Positions 56,201-63,482 of a DNA stretch of 64,000 nucleotides are shown piece by piece. This stretch comes from a virus. Taxonomy: Duplodnaviria > Heunggongvirae > Uroviricota > Caudoviricetes. Each line of letters starts with the position of its first letter. Position 1 is the stretch's first letter. The position numbers were made by a program, and so were the translations under genes. Below the pieces are notes generated by a model. That model saw nothing but the letters and a program-made list of their open reading frames with translations, was not told the origin of the DNA and searched no databases. The stretch lies in IMG/VR virus record IMGVR_UViG_2925939204_000001; one strand, 5' to 3'.

Positions 56201-59200
56201 GCTACGAGAAAAAACCATCGAGGAGAACTCACAGCAAGCTGTCTTTAATGCTGTGGAAATGGGGCGTCTTGACCTGGCCTCCGGTAAACACCGTGATGCG
56301 CAGAAGAAGAACAAGATTAAGGATCAGGCCGCGAATACCGGTACAACGAAGAAGCAGAATATCCCGTACTTTGAGGATATGAACTTCGATAGCGTGATTG
56401 CCGACGAGGGGCATAACTACCGCAACTCCTTTAATGCCGGGCGTGAAGCGGGACAACTGGCATATTTGCCTAACCCGGCAGTATCCAAGATGGCCCGCGA
56501 CATGGCTGTAAAAGCTGCGTACATGATGAAACGCAACAACGGGCGTGGTGTAGTCATGCTGACGGCAACTCCGCTGGTGAACAGTCCGATTGATGCCTTC
56601 AACATGCTGTCTACTGTCATTCCGCAGGAAGAGTGGATGCGCATGGGTATTGTTACGCCGGATGATTTCGTTCGCGTGTTCGGCAAAACAGCCACAGTTC
56701 AGGTTCAGAAAATTTCCGGTGAGGTGGAAGAGAAGCAGGGGCTGGTGGGCTTCCAGAACCTTGATGGTCTGCGTGGTATTTTCCACCGTTGGACCACTCT
56801 GAAGACTGCCGCAGATGTCGGAGCGACGGTTAAAATTCCCGATATCATCGAGAACACCTTGCAGATCCCGATGACAGGGGAGCAGGAGGCTGCTTATGAA
56901 GAGCTTCGTAAGCGTGCTCAGGAGTTAAGTCGCAATGATGAGCTGACAGTCGATGAAAACGGGCATATCACTAACGACAAACCGGATGATTTCATCTTCT
57001 CCATCATCCGCGACATGGATAAGGTTGCTATAGATCCGGATCTGTATGCCAGTGCGATTACATTCCAGTTCCCCGTTGAGCTTGCAGACAAGGTAAAAGC
57101 TATTGCTGATGCCCTGCCAAAAGTCGCAGGCGGTAAAGTGGCAGATGATGCAGACGAGGCCGAAGAAGACGGCGCTGGTGGACTGGTCAGTACGCGTACC
57201 AGCAAGGTAGTGAAGACCACCTTTAGTGCACATCCGGCGCATGTTGAAATACGCGCCAGCATTGAACTGGAAGCTGAAATACTGAAGGCCATTGCTGCCG
57301 CCGGGATTGATCTGCAGCAGGTATCACACCCCATCCCACCGAAGTATGCCGCGCTGATCGAAAACCTTCGTGAAGGTCTGAAGAACGGTAAACAAATTGT
57401 CTTCATTGATGAAAAAGCCCAGCACCAGAAGCTGCGCCGTATTATCGCCAGTGCACTGCAAATGCCGGAGCAGGAGATAGGCATTATCAATGCGACGACC
57501 GTTAGCCAAGCTGGCGGCATCAAGCTGAAGAAGGTGAATAAACCGACTGAACCTACTCCGAATAAAAACGGTGAATACAAAGAAGGGGCATGGGAAACCT
57601 ACTACAGCAAACTTGCCCAATATGAGGATTATCTCTCAGCTAAAAATGATGCTGGCCTTGAGGGCATGGAAGGTATTGCCGCCGACTATAACGAAGGTCG
57701 CACGCGCATCATAATCTGTAACAAGAAGGCTGAAGTAGGTATTAACCTGCACATCGGGACAACCGATATCCACCACCTGACACTACCCTGGACACCAGCC
57801 AGTATCGACCAACGAAATGGTCGCGGTGCGCGCGTAGGGTCACCGCAAGAGAAGGTCAATGTTCACTACTATTGTGGCAAAGGCACATTCGATGACTTCC
57901 GTCTGGATACGCTTAAACGTAAGAAAGACTGGATCAAGATGGTGATGACCTCCGACATGTCAGAGATCGCCAATGGTGATGCGGATGATGCTGATGAACG
58001 CGCCATTATGCTGGCGGCAAACCCGGAAGAACGCCGCGCAATCATGGCTCGCCAGGCGCAAGAGCGTGAAGAACGTCTGAAACTGAAAGCACAGCGCGAG
58101 GCCAACAATGCTCTCGATATCTACCTGAAAGCGGCAAACGCCGCCGGAAAAGATATCGGCATGATGGAGACAGAACTGAAAAGCGCGATGGAACAGATAG
58201 AGTATTACCAGCGAAATCTTGACGACCTGATAAAAGCGGGTACGAACAGGAATGGGCAAAAATACGCACTTGAGCAGTTGAGTAGCTACAGAAAACGTGC
58301 GCGGGTGCTGCGGTTTGCGATCACCAGGGCAAAAGACGCGGATACCATAATGAAACGCTCTCGTGGTGATGTGGAGCGCGCTATTAAGTCTGGTGTGCTG
58401 GATATCAGTATCGATGTTATTCAGAACCCACAGGAGTATATGCGCACTGACAAGAATATCCTGTTGCATAAAGGTAGTTATTACCGTGCAGTCATTGATG
58501 ATCGCGAAACAACAGCGATTGTCCGGGTGGAAAAAATTGACGGTGAAAAAGCACAATACCTCTGCCGTATCGCCTGGCTGGATAGAGCAAGTCGTTACGC
58601 TCGAGCACCGGGGTCAATCGTTACATTGCCGTTTGACTCTGTGATTGAAGCGGTAACTTTTGAAGAGGGGGTAGCTGAATCGCGCGCAACGGCTGCGCGA
58701 GGTGTTCAGTGCCACCAGCTATCAACAATACTTACTCGCGATCAGTTCTATGATGCTATTCGCAATGGGGTAATGAATGTTATTGCTGGTAAACCTGGTA
58801 ATGCATGGGGCGGTGGGTCAGCTATTAAATACTGGGCATATCGCACAGATGATGGTCAGATCGCGCTGTCATCGGCCTATGATGGCGTGATAGGCCAAAA
58901 AATCGGGCGAGCATCGGATATAGCACCTGAGCGATGGATATATCCTGATGGCAACGACGAGGCGCTGAAGCGTGAAGTAGCAAAAATACAAGCCAGTGAT
59001 AACCCGCTGAATATCGTGGACGGCGAGGGATTCCTCCAGGCATTGTATGGGTATGATTACATCCAGGGAATGCAGGCATGGGGCGCACAGGCAACGATGG
59101 ATGATGTTGCCCAGGAGTTCGAAAACTGGATGGCTGGGCGTGGTCTGTCAGGTCGTTCGCTTAATAAAGTCACTTCTGAAGATATTCTTAGCTTGTTCCG

Positions 59201-60116
59201 CAAACCGTCCGGAGAAGGTCTGGAATCATTCTGGAGGACCGTGCTGGCATACCGTTTATTCCAGGGCAGGATGAAAGCCTTTAGCAATATCGATGATATT
59301 GAACGGATGTTTAATCAGGTCAAGATCGCGAAAATTAAGGCGAAGATCGAAAAAACACGTTCTGCGCTGGTGGCCTGGCGCGATGCATTGTTTGAGCAAT
59401 ATAAATCACTCAGTGATGCAGATGGATGGGCGGCATTGGAACAGCTGGCGAATAATGGGGTAGATGGAGCTAAACTCGCCATTGTTCAGGCTGATAACCC
59501 CCTGGAATCACCGGCAGCACAGTGGATTAAGGTGGGGGCTGTCATCAATGCATTTGATGAAAAACACATTAGTAAGGACGATTTTGCTGATGCTGTTTCT
59601 GTTAATCGCCTGGTAGAAATGGCTACCCGCCGCGCCCGTGAGTTGAAAGACGGCGACTATGTGAATGAGTTGCCGGATACGCTCAAATCGGCAACGTGGC
59701 AGGACTATGTATCGCTGAAAAACGGCGGGGCCACTGAATCAGAGATCGCGGAAAGGCTTGAGCAGGCTGAAAGCAAAAGAGAAGAGCAGGCGGCAGTGGC
59801 TGAAGCCAGAGCTGATGAAGCGGCGAATGATGACTATATCATTGTGGTTAATGATAAGCCGATTCGCGCTAAGGCGCGTGTTCGCGGGCGCTGGTGGAGC
59901 GTCAGCGAGGACGTTGGCGCGGTTTATCTCATTGCCGACCAACCAGGTTCCTCGACAATACGGAACGCCAAAGACGCGATTAAGAAGATTGGCGGGCGTT
60001 TCTGGAATTTTGAAGCAAACCCGGTTGCTGATGTGAACTTTGACCGTCCTGCATGGATGGTATCTACGCGTTACTCGGTAGATGAACTGCGTAAAATAAT
60101 CGCCGATGCGGCCTAA
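53205..60116 (+). CDS. darB: giant methyltransferase-helicase, DarB-like virion antirestriction protein (2303 aa, GTG start)
   Basis: N-terminal N6-adenine MTase motifs (LEPSAGTGIF, GNVPFG); central SF2 helicase motifs (GFGTGLGKTT, ADEGHNYRN, LTATPLVNSP, QRNGRGARVG); architecture matches P1 DarB as recalled. Confidence 0.8.
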   Translation: MKITFSIPSQPYRIAEFLRFRGGNPLDKLLHSISEASSLGELIEIVSRLHKLRAVATFGVRKADGVSIQKTRRAANNAAVNLLNSLPPGFDGAKLTDEQRQILAGYTGEGGLTDGEGSQYEYYTPQFMAEGIWDLFADYGIDGGHVLEPSAGTGIFQETKRQGMIMTSAELSPISGRINQLLHPEDDVNIGAFEALAAKDAMYDHAVGNVPFGEGRSGVAGLDPAYANEKNVGNYFVLRTIDKVKPGGLIVLVVPNGMTDGAKYKKLRDKVSRKAEFLGAHRMPSGTFSESGTDTVVDVWVLRKHPEAFLEMIPDTDDSTLKSANVLWDTFLKGKWFTTEGKRFVYGDMERTSFRNTLVVKKDGRVSNESMKTALSRRFDSRINWDLLGVTTQAWQGAKVGDKRLVGGIWHEFDGLKWVKDTTTKSSALDVSRYGVSTFGDLQIAFQSTNGILALSWDQISAIASDYPSVVSDEVAAMIRFAGKQREKDRERVMRGALIGQLINKALDLRNLGVNVDDKLADASRLAAAEVAKYGPPHAIKLNGLAEAGAKNWMTFTGNVKQDGSTSDLLAGRLDVTDGAAGIDFTRPEQVIAHLFSDVALNPITLGDFREAFAGELPEDDDAALEYLAKFDDIAIDGYGCLLPMDRATSGDVATKTALLVGWRDASTGEQKANFERQLAKIEEKRIFTPLNKVTVNLNARWLDRRLIKEFLAEQGYDEFKYTEPDLKVVDGILVSPDDYEGKDGVFTGYQLRTVNGKNGNEFKKANNKDGFLNQLENYLNGVKPRGQNANEYLDKIAQLEVSFNDWLRTHPQADQIARDYNDAFNGFIPFTHSDAPLGLEGISGKRIPLTYQNEEVRRLSEDGRGIMGFGTGLGKTTTALALEAYNFETGRTKRTCIVVPKAVYQNWYHEAQSFYSADAFANMMFIGLDEVRDDGGNILTAPVLDENGEPRLDSNGQPLTRNVVKESASAVIVQRMNMIPSSNWRTVIMTKEQFASIPLREKTIEENSQQAVFNAVEMGRLDLASGKHRDAQKKNKIKDQAANTGTTKKQNIPYFEDMNFDSVIADEGHNYRNSFNAGREAGQLAYLPNPAVSKMARDMAVKAAYMMKRNNGRGVVMLTATPLVNSPIDAFNMLSTVIPQEEWMRMGIVTPDDFVRVFGKTATVQVQKISGEVEEKQGLVGFQNLDGLRGIFHRWTTLKTAADVGATVKIPDIIENTLQIPMTGEQEAAYEELRKRAQELSRNDELTVDENGHITNDKPDDFIFSIIRDMDKVAIDPDLYASAITFQFPVELADKVKAIADALPKVAGGKVADDADEAEEDGAGGLVSTRTSKVVKTTFSAHPAHVEIRASIELEAEILKAIAAAGIDLQQVSHPIPPKYAALIENLREGLKNGKQIVFIDEKAQHQKLRRIIASALQMPEQEIGIINATTVSQAGGIKLKKVNKPTEPTPNKNGEYKEGAWETYYSKLAQYEDYLSAKNDAGLEGMEGIAADYNEGRTRIIICNKKAEVGINLHIGTTDIHHLTLPWTPASIDQRNGRGARVGSPQEKVNVHYYCGKGTFDDFRLDTLKRKKDWIKMVMTSDMSEIANGDADDADERAIMLAANPEERRAIMARQAQEREERLKLKAQREANNALDIYLKAANAAGKDIGMMETELKSAMEQIEYYQRNLDDLIKAGTNRNGQKYALEQLSSYRKRARVLRFAITRAKDADTIMKRSRGDVERAIKSGVLDISIDVIQNPQEYMRTDKNILLHKGSYYRAVIDDRETTAIVRVEKIDGEKAQYLCRIAWLDRASRYARAPGSIVTLPFDSVIEAVTFEEGVAESRATAARGVQCHQLSTILTRDQFYDAIRNGVMNVIAGKPGNAWGGGSAIKYWAYRTDDGQIALSSAYDGVIGQKIGRASDIAPERWIYPDGNDEALKREVAKIQASDNPLNIVDGEGFLQALYGYDYIQGMQAWGAQATMDDVAQEFENWMAGRGLSGRSLNKVTSEDILSLFRKPSGEGLESFWRTVLAYRLFQGRMKAFSNIDDIERMFNQVKIAKIKAKIEKTRSALVAWRDALFEQYKSLSDADGWAALEQLANNGVDGAKLAIVQADNPLESPAAQWIKVGAVINAFDEKHISKDDFADAVSVNRLVEMATRRARELKDGDYVNELPDTLKSATWQDYVSLKNGGATESEIAERLEQAESKREEQAAVAEARADEAANDDYIIVVNDKPIRAKARVRGRWWSVSEDVGAVYLIADQPGSSTIRNAKDAIKKIGGRFWNFEANPVADVNFDRPAWMVSTRYSVDELRKIIADAA

Positions 60117-60152
60117 CAGATAAGGAGCGGCCCCAACTGGGGCCGAATTTGA

Positions 60153-60587
60153 ATGACGACATTAATTGACACTGTAAAACAGACGGAATCCTACCTTGAG
60201 GACATTTTGCCGCAGGCGCTCAATGGCAGGAGTGAAGAGGCGTTTCTGGATGCATATCTGAAAGGCATGGTGGAAAGGCTGAAACGAGATCCACAGCTTT
60301 ATCACCTTTATGGGCCGTGGTGGCCTGCGCTTAAAACGTTATTGCTGGAGCGCGGCGACATATCATTTGGACAAGTTGTAGATAGTGATGTGGCAGAGAT
60401 CTACAAAATGAGTCGCCCGGCGCTTACGGTTTTGGCTGGGCATCTGTATTCGAGCGATCGCCTGGAAAATGACGCGGTATACAATCCTGTTCATGCTCTG
60501 GAAGTCGCACCTTATGCCGATGATACAGAGCCATACGTGTACACAAGTTACGACGAGTCTATAGAGAAATATCGAATTATGGGGTAG
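60153..60587 (+). CDS. acidic hypothetical protein (144 aa)
   Basis: ORF directly after darB; D/E-rich. Confidence 0.5.
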   Translation: MTTLIDTVKQTESYLEDILPQALNGRSEEAFLDAYLKGMVERLKRDPQLYHLYGPWWPALKTLLLERGDISFGQVVDSDVAEIYKMSRPALTVLAGHLYSSDRLENDAVYNPVHALEVAPYADDTEPYVYTSYDESIEKYRIMG

Positions 60588-60589
60588 CC

Positions 60590-60850
60590 ATGCGAAAGAA
60601 TCGTAGGTTTACGGTCGAAGACCTAAAGGAATATTCCATATCGAAGGGGTATATCCTTGAGTTCCACCGATACAAGAAGGTTTTTACGCTGCGAAAAGCA
60701 GAAAACCCTGCGAACTGGAGCTGGATATACTTTCCTCACACCGATGATAAGTTGGTAGAACTTGTTGATGATTTAACCTATGAAGGTTGGTTGATCGCAA
60801 TCGACAAGACAATCAAAGAATTATCCGAACAGGATAAAATAACCCTTTAA
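60590..60850 (+). CDS. hypothetical protein (86 aa)
   Basis: 3-nt spacing after upstream gene. Confidence 0.5.
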   Translation: MRKNRRFTVEDLKEYSISKGYILEFHRYKKVFTLRKAENPANWSWIYFPHTDDKLVELVDDLTYEGWLIAIDKTIKELSEQDKITL

Positions 60851-60854
60851 AAAT

Positions 60855-60894
60855 AACAGGTTGGGTAAATGCCATGCGATTTACCCAACCTGTT
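60855..60894. other. perfect 16-bp stem hairpin AACAGGTTGGGTAAAT-N8-ATTTACCCAACCTGTT
   Basis: Directly after stop of 60590 gene; no T-run on plus strand, T-rich on minus. Confidence 0.5.
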
Positions 60895-60986
60895 GATTAA
60901 GGTCACTCTTTACTCTAAAAGCAAATCCGACCTGTTGCATATAGACCATCCTTGAGTAGTATCTCTCTTGTTTTACAAATCTAACG

Positions 60987-61481
60987 TTGTTGTTATTATT
61001 TCGCATATTTACTATCAATGTGTGTGTTAGAAAAATAGCGCGAAAGAGAAGGCGTCGCAGTGAATATTCTGAAACATCCCCACATGCCGCAGCTCTTAGA
61101 GAACTGGAGAAAAACCCAGATCTAATCAAAAGGAACCATGAGCATTACGAGCAGGTTCGCGTCCTGGACTGGATGTATCGCAATATGCGTTATGTGTATG
61201 AGCATACTCACGCCACTCCAAACGGTGGCCTGCGAGGCATAAGGACGGCAATAAAAATGGTGGCAGAGGGCCAAAAGAAGGGATATCCCGATCTTTCTAT
61301 AGACCTTGCTTGTGGGGGATACCACGGAATGCGCATTGAGATGAAACATGGGAGAAATCGCCTGACTCCCGAACAACTCGTCTGGATGACTCGCCTCACA
61401 GAAGCCGGTTACTACTGCTTTGAGGCGCGCAGTGCCGCTGAAGCCATAAAAGCTATCACGGAGTATGTTTGTCTTGATTAA
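60987..61481 (+). CDS. VRR-NUC domain nuclease (start uncertain)
   Basis: EQVRVLDWMYRN...HATPNGGLRG...GYPDLSIDLACGGYHGMRIEMKHGRNRLTPEQLVWM fits VRR-NUC (PD-(D/E)xK) pattern; only TTG 60987 or GTG 61020 in frame upstream, no SD, operator-like motif overlaps the 5' end. Confidence 0.55.
   Translation: MLLLFRIFTINVCVRKIARKRRRRSEYSETSPHAAALRELEKNPDLIKRNHEHYEQVRVLDWMYRNMRYVYEHTHATPNGGLRGIRTAIKMVAEGQKKGYPDLSIDLACGGYHGMRIEMKHGRNRLTPEQLVWMTRLTEAGYYCFEARSAAEAIKAITEYVCLD
61023..61035 (+). promoter_or_regulatory. operator-like motif TGTGTTAGAAAAA
   Basis: With partial inverted partner TCTAAC at 60981. Confidence 0.4.
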
Positions 61482-61495
61482 ACGGAGAAATCGTT

Positions 61496-61696
61496 TTGCG
61501 TTTACTTAACGTGGCAGAACTTATCCCTGCAGGAACTAATGCTATCGCTCGTCGTCGCTCATGGCAGCAGGCTCTATGTATTGAGATCTCGAAACGTATC
61601 AATGGAAGTTTTGAAGCTCGCAATATTGTTACTGGCGATAAGGTTCACATAACCCCGGAAAGTGCAAGCGCTGATGATTGGGAGTTTGTACATTGA
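61496..61696 (+). CDS. DUF2829-like small protein (66 aa; Tad2-like candidate)
   Basis: ...AIARRRSWQQ...ITPESASADDWEFVH. Confidence 0.45.
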   Translation: MRLLNVAELIPAGTNAIARRRSWQQALCIEISKRINGSFEARNIVTGDKVHITPESASADDWEFVH

Positions 61697-61992
61697 GCAA
61701 AAAATATTATGTGAGTCTGGCGTTCGCTGACGATGCGGGGAGGACGCGGAGTATCACGTTGAGCACACCGGTTAAGGCTGTGACAGCACCGTTAATCCGT
61801 GAAGCTCTCAGAGAGCTGGAATTGGGGGAAAACTCGGCACTGTTGTCGGTTAGTTGGTTCGGGAAAATGTCAGAGAAACAATACGTGGATGGAGTTACCC
61901 CAATAACAGTAATGAGGCTACTTTCATTGCTGCAATGGGCCATCGTACCTGTATTTATCGCGTATCTTATTTATCAGGCTGCAACACAGTAA
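61678..61992 (+). CDS. small tail-anchored membrane protein (start possibly TTG 61693)
   Basis: C-terminal TM helix VMRLLSLLQWAIVPVFIAYLIYQ; GGGAG SD before TTG at 61693. Confidence 0.5.
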   Translation: MGVCTLSKKYYVSLAFADDAGRTRSITLSTPVKAVTAPLIREALRELELGENSALLSVSWFGKMSEKQYVDGVTPITVMRLLSLLQWAIVPVFIAYLIYQAATQ

Positions 61993-61999
61993 TTGCATA

Positions 62000-62030
62000 A
62001 AAACCCGCCAATTAGCGGGTTTTTTGTTTA
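62000..62030 (+). terminator. rho-independent terminator (AAACCCGC-CAATTA-GCGGGTTT + TTTTGTTT)
   Basis: Perfect 8-bp stem with T-run right after stop. Confidence 0.7.
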
Positions 62031-62066
62031 TTGCATCTTCCGATACTGTCATCAAACTAATAAAAT

Positions 62067-62077
62067 ATGTTAGAAAA
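62067..62077 (+). promoter_or_regulatory. operator-like motif ATGTTAGAAAA
   Basis: ~30 nt upstream of 62106 gene. Confidence 0.4.
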
Positions 62078-62105
62078 CTAATTTAACAAAGTAACGGGAA
62101 TAGCA

Positions 62106-63314
62106 ATGAGTCAACACACTGATACTTCTAATCTGGAAATTATCTCGACAGCAATTGAAACGCTGCGCACACAAATCGCTCTTATACAGAAACGGAATCC
62201 GGGTGATGACCTGTCAAAGCGACTGCACGAGAGTGTCATTGCCACTACAGATAACCTGGTGGCGGAAATCAACAAGCTGCTTGATGATGGGGCAGTTGAT
62301 TACAATAAGCTGGTGGATCAGTTTGAGGAATACCAACAAGCCGTTAATGATGGCTTGATCCGTTTTTCACAAGTCACAGGCGTATCAGCGACAGTTGAAA
62401 GCCTGGGTGATGCAGTTAATCAATTTGCCGCGAATATGCGTAATGAGATCGGCAATCTGGAAGCGCGTCTTGAACAGGCAAATACACTGCGTAAATCTGC
62501 CGAAGCCGATTTGAACCGTTACAAAAAAGACTATCCGCCCAGCCTGACAAAGCGGCTGGATGTTGCGGAGAAGGATAACCGCACGCTGAAAAGAGAGCGC
62601 CGGGAACTAAAAGAGCGTTTAACCAAGCTCAATCAGAAATGCATTGATTATCAAGGCGAAGGCGTCACACTGCGTAAAAAGTTGGCTACAGCGCAGAGCA
62701 TTATCGAAACATTAAAGCGAGAGTGCTCACAGCTTGGTCACGATCTGAACCGTGCTTGTGGCATGGGACAAAGACCAGAGACATTTCCACTTATGTATGA
62801 TGGAAGGGATGCCATTGCCTACATCCATGAGTATCCACACGGCCTGGTTGCGGAAACTGGGCAGCGTGGCGAAGCACTGCTGACGGCTAATTACCATCAA
62901 CAAATCAGAACCAATCGCCTGTTAACGATGGATGTGATCCCATCGGTATGGGGAACGCCGCTTTACTATCGCCTGCCGGGCTTCGAAAAGGACTGGAATA
63001 CCGACATAGACGAATGTCTCGCAGATAAAATTATGGCGTACCTGGAGACGGATTTTCCGCGCTTATATCGCCGGATTATGGACTCTAAGGATGCGCCAAT
63101 CGATGAATTAAAAATGCGTCCGGAGACGCTGGAGGCAATCAAGCAGACGGAGTTTGATACTGTATTCAGTGTGGCCTGCATTCCAAGCTGTTTCCATGAA
63201 AGCATCCCGTTCATGCAAGGAGATCGTCGTCAGGAAATCATTGACGCTTGCCGGGTATGGGCGAACGAATGGGATAAGAAGAATGGGGGTGTAGAAGATC
63301 TTTACGGGAAATAA
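62106..63314 (+). CDS. hypothetical protein with N-terminal coiled coil and C-terminal globular domain (402 aa)
   Basis: Operator-like motif in its upstream region; no motif recognised. Confidence 0.55.
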   Translation: MSQHTDTSNLEIISTAIETLRTQIALIQKRNPGDDLSKRLHESVIATTDNLVAEINKLLDDGAVDYNKLVDQFEEYQQAVNDGLIRFSQVTGVSATVESLGDAVNQFAANMRNEIGNLEARLEQANTLRKSAEADLNRYKKDYPPSLTKRLDVAEKDNRTLKRERRELKERLTKLNQKCIDYQGEGVTLRKKLATAQSIIETLKRECSQLGHDLNRACGMGQRPETFPLMYDGRDAIAYIHEYPHGLVAETGQRGEALLTANYHQQIRTNRLLTMDVIPSVWGTPLYYRLPGFEKDWNTDIDECLADKIMAYLETDFPRLYRRIMDSKDAPIDELKMRPETLEAIKQTEFDTVFSVACIPSCFHESIPFMQGDRRQEIIDACRVWANEWDKKNGGVEDLYGK

Positions 63315-63315
63315 T

Positions 63316-63350
63316 ATGTTAGAAATCTAAAATCACAATTCGAATGTATT
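63316..63350 (+). promoter_or_regulatory. operator-like motif ATGTTAGAAA adjacent to late-promoter-like AAATCACA-N7-TGTATT
   Basis: Same juxtaposition as at 19501-19528. Confidence 0.4.
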
Positions 63351-63386
63351 GATTGTGAAGGTGACTTAACATAGAATTTTCCTTGC

Positions 63387-63458
63387 TGGTGGGCGGTACC
63401 CACGTTTCGCTTGCTGGGCTTGATAGTCACTTATTGGTTATTGTTCGCCCACCAGCAT
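63387..63458. other. 12-bp inverted repeat TGCTGGTGGGCG-N48-CGCCCACCAGCA
   Basis: Perfect arms enclosing a 48-nt segment. Confidence 0.5.
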
Positions 63459-63471
63459 TTAACAAATTAAA

Positions 63472-63482
63472 GTGTTAGAAAA
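63472..63482 (+). promoter_or_regulatory. operator-like motif GTGTTAGAAAA
   Basis: Second motif copy ~155 bp after the one at 63316. Confidence 0.4.

Noticed and set aside
53584-58556. Multiple minus-strand ORFs (up to 220 aa) within the darB region
   Set aside because: All lie antisense to the continuous 2303-aa reading frame that carries recognisable methyltransferase and helicase motifs
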